From the NCBI GenBank assembly GCA_030704615.1, contig CM060733.1, positions 60,326,001-60,390,000 on the forward strand: a DNA stretch of 64,000 nucleotides, given 5' to 3'. This document shows, in pieces, positions 44,416-55,800 of this stretch (the stretch's first letter is position 1; every line of letters begins with the position of its first letter). Origin of the DNA: Takakia lepidozioides (lineage: Eukaryota; Plantae; Bryophyta). The translations under genes and the position numbers were made by a program. Under the pieces are notes generated by a model. It saw nothing but the letters and a program-made list of their open reading frames with translations. It ran no database searches and was not told the origin of the DNA.

Positions 44416-47400
44416 TTATTATGATATAGTCCACAATGGAACCTTCCCCAGTTTGGGATTTCTCACGAGTCCACTGCACTTGGTCACCTCTTGTCCTGTT
44501 ATTCAAGGTCAAAAGCTGAAGCTCTTCTAGACAGTTAATTAACTGTCTGCCATTAGAATTCAGCTCATCCTCACCAAAAGGTCCAATGATATCGTCCTGA
44601 TGGATCCCTTTGCCCACCCGGGCATTGAAGTCCCCCAATAGTACCACCTGACCTTTGGCAAGGAACGAAGCACAGTCCAGCTTTACATCTTCGAAGGCCT
44701 TGTCTGCGCCAGCACTAAGGGTCCCCTCTGTGGGCATGTAAACACAACCAACAAAGAGGTCCTTTGTACTCATGCCGCCCTTCAAATTCAGTTTTAGCCA
44801 GATACTATGCTCGTACCTCAAACCCTTGTTGATAATTTCACAATTGTCAAACAAGAAATCACGGACAAAGAATCCGACCCCTTTTTGACCGCATTTGGCA
44901 GAGGCTGCCTTGAGAGTACACATCTTACCTGCCCATTTATAACCAATGACATCTCCAACCAGTTTATCCGACGTTTCCCATGTTTCTTGCCCAGCACAGA
45001 TATGAATATCATTAGTCCGAAGAACTTGTCCCACTTCCAGTTGTTTCTTTTGGTTGGTCAACCCTGAGAAGTTGAAAGTGGCCAGCCGCAAGCCAGCCCT
45101 TTGCGTGTGAATTGTTTGTCGTCTAGGTAGCTTATGATTGCTCCTGGACGGCCAACCGTTCTGCAAAGGCGGGACAGTTACCCCATGTGTAGATTTTTCT
45201 CGTCTTGTGTAAACTTTGAGAATTGGTAAACCATTCAGGGTACCAAATCTTTCAGTTACATGACGCACAGGCTCTGCACACATAGGGGCAGATTGTCCGT
45301 CAGACTGCTTGGGGACAATTACCCCGTGTATAGGTTTTGCTCGTCTTGTGTAGACTTTGAGGATTGGTAAACCATTTAGAGTACCAAATCCTTCAGTTAC
45401 ACGACGTTCAGGCTCTGCACACTTAGGGACAGATTGTCCATCTGACGGCTTGGGGACAATTACCCCGTGTATAGAATTTGTTCGTCTTGTGTAAACCTTG
45501 AGGATTGGTAAACCATTCAGAGTACCAAATCCTTCAGATTCACGACGTTCAGGTTCCGTACACTTAGGGGCATCTTGTCCTTCTGGCTGTTTGGATTCAA
45601 CCTCATCCAGAGCATCAAACCGATTAGAAACTCTCAAGTTGAAGTTGTTGCCCTTGGTTGTCTTCCTAGAGCGCCCCATTGAATCACCAATGTCTAAGAC
45701 CGCTCTCCAGCCAGTCAAGGGATGAACTTCTTTGAGATTGAATTGATGCGGGACTCTATTAGAAGCACTTTTGGTCATTGCAACCTTCAACGTACCCCTG
45801 TTATCAAGTTTCGAGATGGTACCATTAGCCATGAAATCCAAGCCTAAGCTAGAGCATGTAGTTTTAAAGGACACATCGTCCATCCTGGGATTCACCCCAA
45901 AAACTACACATGAAGCCCTAGATTTGGCATAAGTAACCAATTCCCAGGGATCACCCTGAGGAGTGTTGATGTTGATAGGAGCTAAATTTTTGATTGTTTT
46001 CGCAGGCCATAAGTGTAAGCACAGGAACCAACCCGAGCCCAAGTGCCGAGTATGCTAGACAGAGCATACGACTGCCCAATTTGGGCGGAGGTGCTGCCCC
46101 CAAGCGGTAGGAGAGGGAAAGGCCCCAAGCTTTCCAACTAAATCCAATGCACTACCTTACCTGAAGCAAAGTGCTTCAGGTCGAAACAAACAAGAACACG
46201 AGGTCACAAGGCCGGCATTTAGTCACAGAGACATTAATGTACTCCCGTTTCAAGTCCACCCAATGTCAATAGGCTTCCTAGAGGACAGGGAGATCATAAT
46301 GGACAAAATTTTGTTCCCCCAGTGTGCCAATGTGTTGATCGACAGAACTGATATTGGTACCTCTGACCACTTCCTGGTTTGGACTGAGATCAAAAGGTGT
46401 TTTCCCACCACCAAGAGATCTGTGAAACATTCGATTCGGAAGTGGCGCATAGAAAAATTCCACAATGAGGAGGTCAAGGCTGAGTACGTCCAGGCCTTGC
46501 AAGAGGCTCTCCCTCATTTTACCCATCACTCCAAGAACTTCAGTCACGCTCTGTTAACGCAAGAAATGAAGTCGAAAGAGCAGTGGACTCTTGGGAGAGT
46601 TTCGTTTCCTCCGTGGCTGACAAGATCATTGGGAGGAAACTAATTGTCTGCGGTAGAGCAGTTAATTGGTGGACTAATGAGATTAAACTCAAGATAGCTG
46701 AGAGACGAGCCCTCTATAAAGAGTGCTGCAATTTGGAAACCAACAGAGAATTGTGGGCGAGGTACTACCAGCTCCGTAAAGATATCAATCAGCTTGTTAG
46801 GTCTCAGAAGAAATTATACTGGGACAGGTTATACAGTGAAATTAACTCAAACCACCATGGTGGTAATGACAAGAAATTCTGGTTGGCCCTTCAACGTTTG
46901 TACAAGCCGAAAAACGGTCAGCAAGTACAAGCGCTGAAGACTACTAAAGGTGCAGTGGTGACTTCATCGGTTGACATTGTCAAAACCTTTGAAACTCACT
47001 ACAGTATCCTTGGCAGAATTTCTAGGTCTAACAGTGAGGGGTCTTCTGCTGAATGGAGGGACACAGTTGGAAAAACTGTTCCTATGATTCAAAACAGCCC
47101 TGATGAACTGGAGTATATTTCAATGGCTTATAATGCTCCCATTAGTTCTTCTGAGATTGTGGAAGCAATTGAACATTTAAATGGATATAAAGCTGGTGGA
47201 CCTGATGGTATTGTCAACGAGCTTATCAAGTACGGTGGCGATCCCATGATAGAGGCCCTAGTTCTCCTCTTTAACCTTATCTGGAAGACTGAAATGATCC
47301 CCTTTCGCTGGCGACAGGGGGTCATTGTCAATCTATACAAGAAGGGTGACAGAGAAGAACCGGGGAACTACTGTGGCATCACGCTCCTCAATGCTGTTGG

Positions 47401-49627
47401 CAAGACATTCCGCAGAGTTATAAGTACTCGTCTCGAGGTTGATCTGGAGTCTGGAGGTTGTTTCCACGAAGGCCAAGCTGGCTTTCGGCGAAACAGGGGC
47501 TGTGTGGATCATATCTTCACTCTAAGCCAGATTATCCAGGGAAGGAAAAAAGAAGGGAAACCCACTTATGTCTTTTTCCTGGATGTCAAAAAGGCTTATG
47601 ACACAGTGTGGAGAGATGGCCTATGGTTCCGCCTCTGGTCTTGTGGGATCAAGGGAAAGATGTGGAGAGTTGTCCACAACTTGTATGCTCACACCAAAAG
47701 CTGTGTCACTGTTAACGGACAGAAGTCCAACTTCTTTGACATAGACCAAGGTGTAGCTCAAGGATGTACTCTCTCCCCTCTGCTCTTCAATGTTTTCATC
47801 AATCAACTCCTCGAGGATGTGGAAAGTGAGGGATTTGGGTTAAAGGTGGGTGATACCACCATACCAGCCCTTATGTTTGCGGATGACTTCGCAGGCATAG
47901 GGGAGACTCCAACCAATCTCCAGGAGTTGATTGATTGCGCGAAGAGATACTTTGATCTTTGGGGGCTAGAGGCTAATGTCAGCAAATGTGCAGTGGTAGC
48001 ATTCAACGACAGAGGAGAGGGAGGAAGTGATCTTAAGTGGCAGTGGGGTAGCCAAGAGATCCCGGTCCTCCCTTCCTACACTTACCTGGGCGCCAATTGT
48101 AATTGGGATGCACATATCCGGAAAGTTGTTCAAACTGGCAAGGGCAAAGCTCTGGGGCTCACTAATTTTTCCACTGCAGAGGGGTCAACTCTGAGGTTAA
48201 GAAAAACCATGCTTTGTCGCGTTATTAGACCTGCCTTGGAGTACGGATCTGCTATATGGGTTGATAACTCCAACCAGGCTAAGTCTCTAGAATCCATTCA
48301 AGTGGGGGTGCTTAAGGAGTGTATGTCAGCATGCTCCAAAACAGCCAATGTGGCTGTTCGGGGTGAGTTTGGCATTCCGTCCTTAAGCTCCCGACGAGAT
48401 GAATTCAAGGTCAGATGGTGGGGTCAGCTGCAACATATGCCCAACACCAGATATCCTAAGTTAATCGACTCTATATCTTGGAAACAGGACCGCCCTGTCA
48501 AACAGGCTAAGTCCTGGCAGAAGAAGTCAGAAGAGATCCTCAAGGACCTGGACCTGGATCCGCAAGTCTTGACCCTGCTGGATAAATCTGACTTAGAGGC
48601 TGTAGTGTCCTCAGCCATGTCTGTTGCCATGAGATTGTCTGATGAAAATGAAGTTAGGCAGAAAACTTCCCTGAACTTGTTTCCAGTCAGTGACATGGGG
48701 GAGGACATCTTGGATGACCTCAAGGGTCTACCCACTCTCGGTACTAGACTGAAATTTAAACTCAGGGCAGGAAGCCTACCTTTGAACAGCAAACAGAAGC
48801 AGAGAGGAAAGGGAGAGTGCAATTGCCCGTTGTGTGGGCAATCTGAAGACAGTATTCATTTTCTGATACACTGTCCGGGGTTCTCTCACCAAAGAGTCGC
48901 TCTCTTCAAATCTATTAAGGGTATTGTGCCTGTACCCCTGTTTACCAACTTTGAAAGTCTCGAGGCTGAGCCAAAAGCCCAGGCCCTCCCGAGGCCTAGT
49001 TTTTGGGCAAATCACACACAGCAGATTGATTCTTGTGTGAAGGGATTTGTAGAGGATATCTGGAAAACCCGGATTAGTTCTATATATGGAGGTAAGTCTT
49101 ACTACCAACGTCAGCCCCTGACAGAGGTAGGTTCTGTCCCTTTTGATCCCGCTCAAACTGGGCGCGGGGTCAATGGCCACAAGGCTACGGCAAACAACGT
49201 CTTATGAGTACAATCTCTCTCTCTCTCTGTGAGGGAGAGAAAATTCTCTGGGAATCTAGTGCCGCTGCCTATGATCTGTTGATAAGAGAGGTTAATCTAC
49301 AGTAGGTCAAACAGTAGATATGAAAAAGGAACCGGAGTAGCTGTTACAAGGAGTAGGATTTGAGTCGTTTTACTTAGTTTGATGGTGGACTCTAATAACG
49401 ATCTGATGATTTGGGGTAGTTTCTTTGGATTGGAGGTGCCCTGAAGAGCAGCAGCGCCCCCCTCCCTTTTTGGCCCCCCTTCTTTGATTGGGAACTGGAA
49501 CCTTCAGTTGTGTGTTTCTTGACTTGCTTGGACTCTTTCTATTTGCAGCTTTTGCTCGGAGAAATGTAAGCATTGTCCAGTTTGTCGAAGCACAATTGCT
49601 GAGCGCATGCCAGTGTTTGATGTGTAA
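31791..49627 (+). CDS. TMEM185/transmembrane Fragile-X-F-associated protein with C-terminal C3HC4 RING (At1g68820-like), 14 exons
   Basis: Exons ~31791-31906, 32736-32826, 33187-33271, 38275-38359, 38882-38951, 39577-39646, 39874-39919, 40962-41235, 41605-41813, 42006-42080, 43746-43815, 43937-44017, 44119-44198, 49549-49627. Motifs RGRFSLPAPSPPHDRHWAPCH, MCRALMPGDEESMTDEAIWETLPHFW, LLGWWSIDE and CRVC..PCRHRILC..C..CPVCR. All introns GT-AG. Confidence 0.92.
33703..37545 (-). mobile_element. 5'-truncated RTEX-like LINE copy A (APE endonuclease, RT, C-terminal CCHC) in intron 3 of the RING gene
   Basis: TFNFSG, GQETW, LGDFNAR, VDY and SDH (APE); FLDVKKAYDTV, QGCTLSP and MFADD (RT); CPLC..EDSIHFLIHC. 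Small deletions and frameshifts. Nearly identical to 44418-49214. Confidence 0.95.
37563..37673 (-). mobile_element. ~110-bp 3'-end copy of the RTEX-like LINE with target-site duplication
   Basis: Family 3' end flanked by GAGAGC(A/G)GTGGGACAG at 37547-37562 and 37674-37689. Confidence 0.9.
40237..40750 (+). mobile_element. Two tandem 3'-end copies of the RTEX-like LINE (~40237-40462 and ~40483-40748) embedded in (CT)n
   Basis: Both end in CTTATGAGTACA. (CT)n precedes copy 1 and separates the copies. CTCTCTCTCGGTT flanks copy 2 on both sides (probable TSD). Confidence 0.9.
42824..43692 (-). mobile_element. Diverged RTEX-like LINE copy (subfamily B) with internal deletions
   Basis: Family 3' end at 42824, homology through the post-RT region, and a 5' end abutting a (GA)n run at ~43692-43709. 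Confidence 0.88.
44319..44415 (+). mobile_element. Short 3'-end copy of the RTEX-like LINE followed by (CT)n
   Basis: CAAACTGGGCGCGGGGTCAATGGCCACAAGGCTA...GAGTATAT followed by (CT)n at 44389-44415. Confidence 0.88.
44418..49214. mobile_element. Near full-length RTEX-like LINE copy B with 5' inversion (44418-46292 minus; 46293-49214 plus) in the last intron of the RING gene
   Basis: Minus ORF 44360-46042 encodes the N-terminal domain plus APE up to VDYII. The plus part resumes at IIM and runs through RT (ORF 46583-49207) and CCHC to the 3' end, followed by (CT)n. Confidence 0.95.
45171..45595 (-). repeat. Three tandem 141-bp (47-aa) coding repeats in the LINE N-terminal region
   Basis: Unit KCAEPERRVTEGFGTLNGLPILKVYTRRAKPIHGVIVPKQSDGQSAP. 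DNA landmarks at ~45211, 45352 and 45493 are 141 bp apart. Confidence 0.95.
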
Positions 49628-51415
49628 ATATGTGCTGCATCGGAGATCTGATTCGGGCATGAAAAGAAGTTGAAACATTATGGGGGAGCAGGTCGAAGAT
49701 TCTTTGGGTTCCAACCTCTGGAATTGGGTTCTCACTGCAGGAAAGGGCCAGTGACATCATTGTTCCCCTAAAACTTGTGCAAAAAGTTGAGAAAAAAGGT
49801 GGTTTGCATACTACAGGAATGCAGTGTAGAGTGTTTCGACCTGCTACTTTAAAAAAGTGGTGTAAATATTACTTGAGTTAGAAGCACTGTTAATACCAAC
49901 ATGGGGCATATCCGTAACAGCTTGGAAAGCCACATTGGCGCTACTGTATGTCTCAAGCTTGGTGAGAATATCTTATTATGCCATTATCTCAACTCAGACT
50001 CTGGGATTTATGCTCACAATCAGGCCAGGGTAAGCCTTTGGCTTATCCTTTCTCTTCCAGGCAAGTTTTCTTGAAACCGTTGGCGTGGGAGTAGTGTGTT
50101 AATTTTATGGTGAGTTGTCCTGGAATTGAGGAAGTCAATCGATATGAGAGTGTTTGATGCCTTCAAACCTGGACCAACATTTGTGGTCAAAGTCATGCCA
50201 GAAACGAGATATGGATTATTCCCAAAGATGGCCCAAATTGTGCCTAAAGCCAGAAGGTGGCCTCGTTTGTCATTGTTTGGACTTAGTACTTCCTCTCCTC
50301 AGCGTGGATTGACATGTTCAATGCTGTCTTACAGGTTATATAACCCCTCGCAGATAAGTTCTTCCATCTTCCAAGTTGTCTTATGCTGTAGACCTACACA
50401 TCAAGAATTCTTGTGGAGAAGTCTCCTCAGTACACAAATCTTGAGTACAGGCACTGCTCATAGTACAAGAGCACAGATAAGTAATTTAATCAAACCTAGA
50501 ACGCAGGAGGTAAGAGTAGCGGGACATCACTGCTCAGCATTGTAGCCATGATCCTGTTAGAAGTTTGTTTTCAGTTCAGATGCTAGTCAAACAGAGCGAG
50601 ACAACGAAGATGGCTGCAAGACTGCAGATGCCCCAGAGAAAATCTGCTTTCCTGTAAGTAAACCTAATGTGCTTTTCGCCCGGATGTGATTCCCGAGAGC
50701 TCTAATAGCTGGGCTTGCATGCAGTCCACCGAATGTGTAGTATTCCACCCTGTTTCAATTGCACATCTGGGACCTCTCAGCAGGACAAGACATAAGAGAC
50801 TCCCGAGGTTGGGGGCGGCGATGGAGACTCCCGAGGTAGACTTTCTGCTGCCTGCAGTGGCAGGGCAGGGCAGCAGCATTGGGGTCTGTAATCTGTAGAT
50901 TATCCCTGGCGCCGCTCCTGGGTTGTCGTCTTTCGGGACTGAGCTGCACCAGTCGTCTCTTTATGTGCATGCAAATTCTATATGGGCAGTCATCAACTTA
51001 CATACAGGAAGAGTCTTCCTTGCTTGTATACATGATGAGGTGTGAGGCACTTGCAGTCCAGCAGTGCATGGAACTGTGAGCAGTCCAGTGCAGGACCACA
51101 GAGACAGTGCAATGGAGGGATGGTTGAAGGAGATCCAACAGATGATTGTAAGTAGCACCTCACGCTCCTCACTTTGCACACTCCATTTCTCAGGACACAT
51201 TGCAATTCCTATTGTACGCTCCTCCTTTATACCATTATACCCGTACCCCGTATTTGTACGTGCAAGGTGGGTAGCCGTATTTACTATTCACCCTCATTCT
51301 GATGTACTTTCATTCGTCCTACGATGGAGGGAGGGTCCGCGGGCAGCAGCAACACAAAAGATTGTGACCACGTGGTTCGCCATGCATTGCATGCGAGATA
51401 CTTGGAATACTGTTT

Positions 51416-51636
51416 GACGGTGACGGACACGGTGTCTCGGTGTCCGTCACCTTGGACGGTGACGACCCACGGAGCCCGTCGTCGTTAACTGCGACGGACT
51501 CCGTGAGCCGTCTCCGTGAAAGTGGCACAACTACCAAGTAATGCCAAAAACAATTTGCATGTAATTTGTAGATTTTAAAGCAAGATTTTCTCCTGCCCAG
51601 GTACATGAGAATTGCTGCCCAGAGGGAACATGAGGA
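51416..51636 (+). repeat. Left copy of a ~220-bp inverted repeat pair (GACGG-rich, DNA-transposon subterminal-like)
   Basis: Reverse complement of 61853-62073, with 3 mismatches over the inner ~130 bp. Internal 12-bp stem GGTGACGGACAC/GTGTCCGTCACC. Confidence 0.9.
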
Positions 51637-51699
51637 CGGGAGAACACAAGGTTATCAATCACTGTGAGGTTCGGTTGCTCTGTGGACACTAACTAGAAA

Positions 51700-52772
51700 G
51701 GAAACTAAGAAAGAACTAAGAAACTAAAGAAACTAAGAAACTAAGAAAGAACTAAGAAAGAACTAAGAAACTAAGAAACTAAGAAAGAACTAACAAACTA
51801 AAGAAACTAAGAAACACCAAGGAGCAAAGGTGGCAACACCAAGGATTCAACACTGAGAATTGGTCCATCATCTGGAGTTCAGTATGGCTCAAAACCAGAC
51901 CGTCAAAGATATCAGCCTTTTTGTGGCAGATAGCTAATAGGGTCTTGAAAGTAGGTGAATGGCTTCAGTTTGAAGATGCCTGACTGTGCGCTTGTTGTTC
52001 CACAGGGATCATAGAGACCATCGAGCACTGTCTAATCTCGTGTCATGCCCCTGCAAAGATCTGGCCTTTCATTAAAGCCTTCTATTATCATTGGGACACT
52101 AGAGCCTTGAACAGCACAGACATCCTTTTAAACTCGATCCCCTTTCGATACACGGCGCGCATTGCGCCATTGACACAGGATTGCCCCATCTCTTAGGATC
52201 CGTGGATAAGTCAATCTCCCCGTAACTTCTCATGTCGAACCTGGAAATTGCATCTGCCAGCAGGTAGAATCCGATGATGTCCCCCGAATTCGATAGGGAT
52301 ATCAACTGGAAACATATTAAGCCATCCTCAGTTGTTTCGCGTCTCCATTATCCCGTGTTCCGACATGGATTTTGTTCACTCACTAGCAAGCTTCTATGTA
52401 GCAAGTCTGCCAGGTTTGCGCGGTCCTCGGATGATTGAGGTCTTGAGTAATCAGTTTGTCTCTGCTTTCATTACAGAGAGCTTCAATAGAGAATGGGTCT
52501 TAGTGTATGTGCCCAATTATTTCTCTAGGATGTTAGCCCTCCAAGGCTGTATGGCTGGATCTTTCACTGATCACGGTGTGTGTACCTTATGGTGTAACGG
52601 GGGTTTTAATTTTTTCCCCGAATAATTACTAATAAATTAACCAGGGCAAAATCCCCCCTGCTCACAAAAAAAAAGAAAAAAGAAAAAAGAAACTAAAGAA
52701 ACTAAGAAAGAACAAAGAAACAAAGAAACTAAAGAAACTAAGAAACTAAGAAAGAACTAAGAAACTAAGAAA
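51700..52772 (+). mobile_element. L1 3' fragment (zf-RVT region, polyA) embedded in an (AAGAAACT)n minisatellite
   Basis: RPSKISAFLWQIANRVL...CACC...ETIEHCLISC at ~51898-52045; AATAAA at 52631 and an A-tail at 52666. The same minisatellite lies at 51700-51815 and 52685-52772. Confidence 0.85.
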
Positions 52773-52803
52773 CTTAGTCTGGAGGAGGACGCAATTGCTG
52801 TCC

Positions 52804-55800
52804 ATGACGGCCATGTCTGGGCACCATCGCTGCCTTTCTCGGCGCTGGCCTCCTCTTTTGGGATTCAGATTGCATTCCATTTCTCGTCTGGCGCATTTTT
52901 TCTCTGCTGTTCCTCAAATACAGGTATTACTCACGCGCGCTCTCTGTCTCTGTGTCTCTCATTTCAGTTCATTTTATTACTCGTGTGTGATTTCTGTAGT
53001 GCATCGTGGTACTATCAACGTCTACTCCCCTCAATGCACCTGCTTCGTGTGGTGGAGCTCAATGTAAACTGGATCGGACGATTAGCATACAGTTTTGTTC
53101 AAATTGTACCGAAACCATCCTAGTGTTTGTGTGCACCTGTACAAGGCAATGTTGACTACGAAATTCTTGCTTGCCTCTCAGTTTTATGATGTCAGATCGG
53201 AAAGTTGAGCAATTTTGAAGTGCGAGGTTCTAGAAGGGTCACCACTTTTGGCAGGGAGTTGAGGGGCCAATCTTCTTAAATCTTTTTATGTGACTAGTAT
53301 GTAGGTTGCAGAATCTTTTTGCGTTGGCCCTAAATCTGAAATGTTCAGGGTTTGGGGTTTAAGGTCTGAATGCTCTTTGGAACATTCACAGCCTGCATTA
53401 GCTTTCGTGTACACTAACGTGTTAGATAGGAGCTCCCTGGTCTGCCCTTCAGTTTGATGATGCCATGTTCAAGAGCTGTCCATTGGATTTCCTGGCTTAC
53501 AGGTTACCGAAAAGTGTACTTGTTGTTGAGATGTTCCCTACCTGTGTTAATGTGCGTCCACTTCTAGTTCACAATGTTGATCTCGTTTTGTATATAAGCT
53601 GCCTGGTTGCCCTCTCATTTTGCATTAGATCGCTTTACATTCGACTTTTGTGCCTCAACAACTTCCGAGATGCAGGATTTAGGGTTCAAGGTCTTCATGC
53701 TCATTGTATTGGTTATTGTTTGAAGATCTACCTCGGGAATTCAGTACAGACTATATGCATACTTCATGGATATTTCAAGTATCATTTGAATTGCTAAACC
53801 ATCGGTTTGAGTCTTCAATTTGAGGGCCTAAAATTTCTGGACTATAGACATGAAGAAACAAATGATGTGGTAGTAGGGCGCTGGCAGCAACTGTGGCAAC
53901 AGGGCTGCCCACCAGGACTCTCATTCGGAGGTGGTGACAAGTGAGAAATGGAAAATTGTGCGGCGTCCCGTCCTGGACATAGAACTGCGCCGCTATGCGC
54001 AGTCCCCAGTAGTGCCACAAGCCCTTGTCTTACATGGTCCTCGTGGTGTGGGCAAGCGTACTACCATAGAAGGTTAGCCTGGCCTTCATATATATGCAAT
54101 TCATACTTTGGTTTTCTTTATACATCTCTTTGTACTGTGCAGATAGGATATACAGTAGCAGAATCAATTCATTCCCAGAACTGTTGCTCAAAATGCAACA
54201 GTGATACTTGTATTCCCGGTGAATCTGGGAAGTTCCTGCTGTATGCTGGCCAGTGCCACTGTGCCTGGTGTAGGTAATGCTGCTTATCACTCCTGGTTGA
54301 AGAATCTGACAAGGATGAGCAGTCTCTGAAATAGAGTGGTGTCTCCCTCCCTTCGTATAGTATGATGGGCAGGAGAATAGAGCTGTCATACTGCTGCACT
54401 TCATGTTATTTGCCTACTGGACATATCTTCTGTGTCTGTATGTGAGGGGGAGAGAGAAAGAAAGAAACTTCATCACTTCCGGGGGGCCAGCAGAGGTGGG
54501 AGAGAGAGACTTGCATGCACCAAGAACACTTCAAATGCTTTAAGCCAATTTGCAGGGCTGCTGCAGGAGTGGAGGAAAGCACCTCATGCTGTTGCATATG
54601 TCGACCTCGGTCCACAACAAAGAGCTCCAAGTGAAGGAGGCTGCACTCCTCCATGGACGCTGACCAAGGAAAGTGTTGCCTTGACTGAAGATGGGATATA
54701 CAAAAGCCAATATGACTTAGGGAAGGTCCGTCAGCACCTGGAGCAAGCCCTTGAATCTCTTGCACTAGAAGCAGTGGAAGCGGGTTGTCTGAACAGTCAG
54801 ACTGTTTTGAAGGGGCTTCTTGATCATCATGCAATTGACGGGGCATTGTCCCGATTTCTACATCGAGCCACAAATGGTGTACACTCCGATGACATTGGCT
54901 CCATTAGTACGAAGCGGATGTGGAAGGAAGCTCTCAGGCATATGTCAGCAATCTCAGGTCACCTTAGCAGTACCACAGCAGCTCCCAACAGTGGCAGGGA
55001 CCCCAGAAATGCGCTGGAATCTACAGTCCACCTAAAAGGTATGGTTACAAGGATACTCAAAACAGCATGTGATTTTGTCTTCTAACAAGGATGGCAGGGT
55101 CAGTATCTTTTATACCCCTTGTGCTTCGTCATACTGCTGCCTGTTGGTAGACAGACTGACAGGCTCCTAAACGAAGCCCCCTGGAGCTCTCTTCTATACA
55201 GTTGCTGAGCTGTTATCCTTGAAAGTCAGCAAAGTTCAGGAGTCACCAGGGACCAAGCTCAACCTGTGTCCAACCCCCTATCACTTTCTTGAGGCTTTCT
55301 CACAGTCGTATGCTCACTAGTTAACATGAGCAGAAGTGGCAGGTGTGGATCAGAGATTGAATGCCAAGAAAGAGAAGGCAGCACTGTCTCTGGCTCTTGC
55401 AAAGAGGCTTCTGCTAATGCAGGAGGAGTGGAGATTGGAAGCTGGAGCTGCTAGAAGGAATAGAGGGGCAGTTCCAAAGGGCATGGCTGATGCAGCTGTG
55501 AGTTGGCCTGTGCTTCTGCTACATCTCCTCTCATGGGCTACCCAGGAAGGCCTTTTCCAGGTATGAAGACCAACAGGCCCCACCCTCCAAATGGGAAGAG
55601 AGAGTGATGGTGTACCAAGTAGACGTTGTTAGTCCTGTAACCATGGACTCCAAGGCAATGAAGCAGAAAAGGGGTAGGGGATGGGAGGAGGGGAAAATGG
55701 AGGCCTGCCATTGATTCAGCTTGCAACCAATATGACATGTGTGGCTGCCATATTTGCCAGTCACACTGTTGATTAAGAAGCCCACGGAGAGAGAGAGAGA

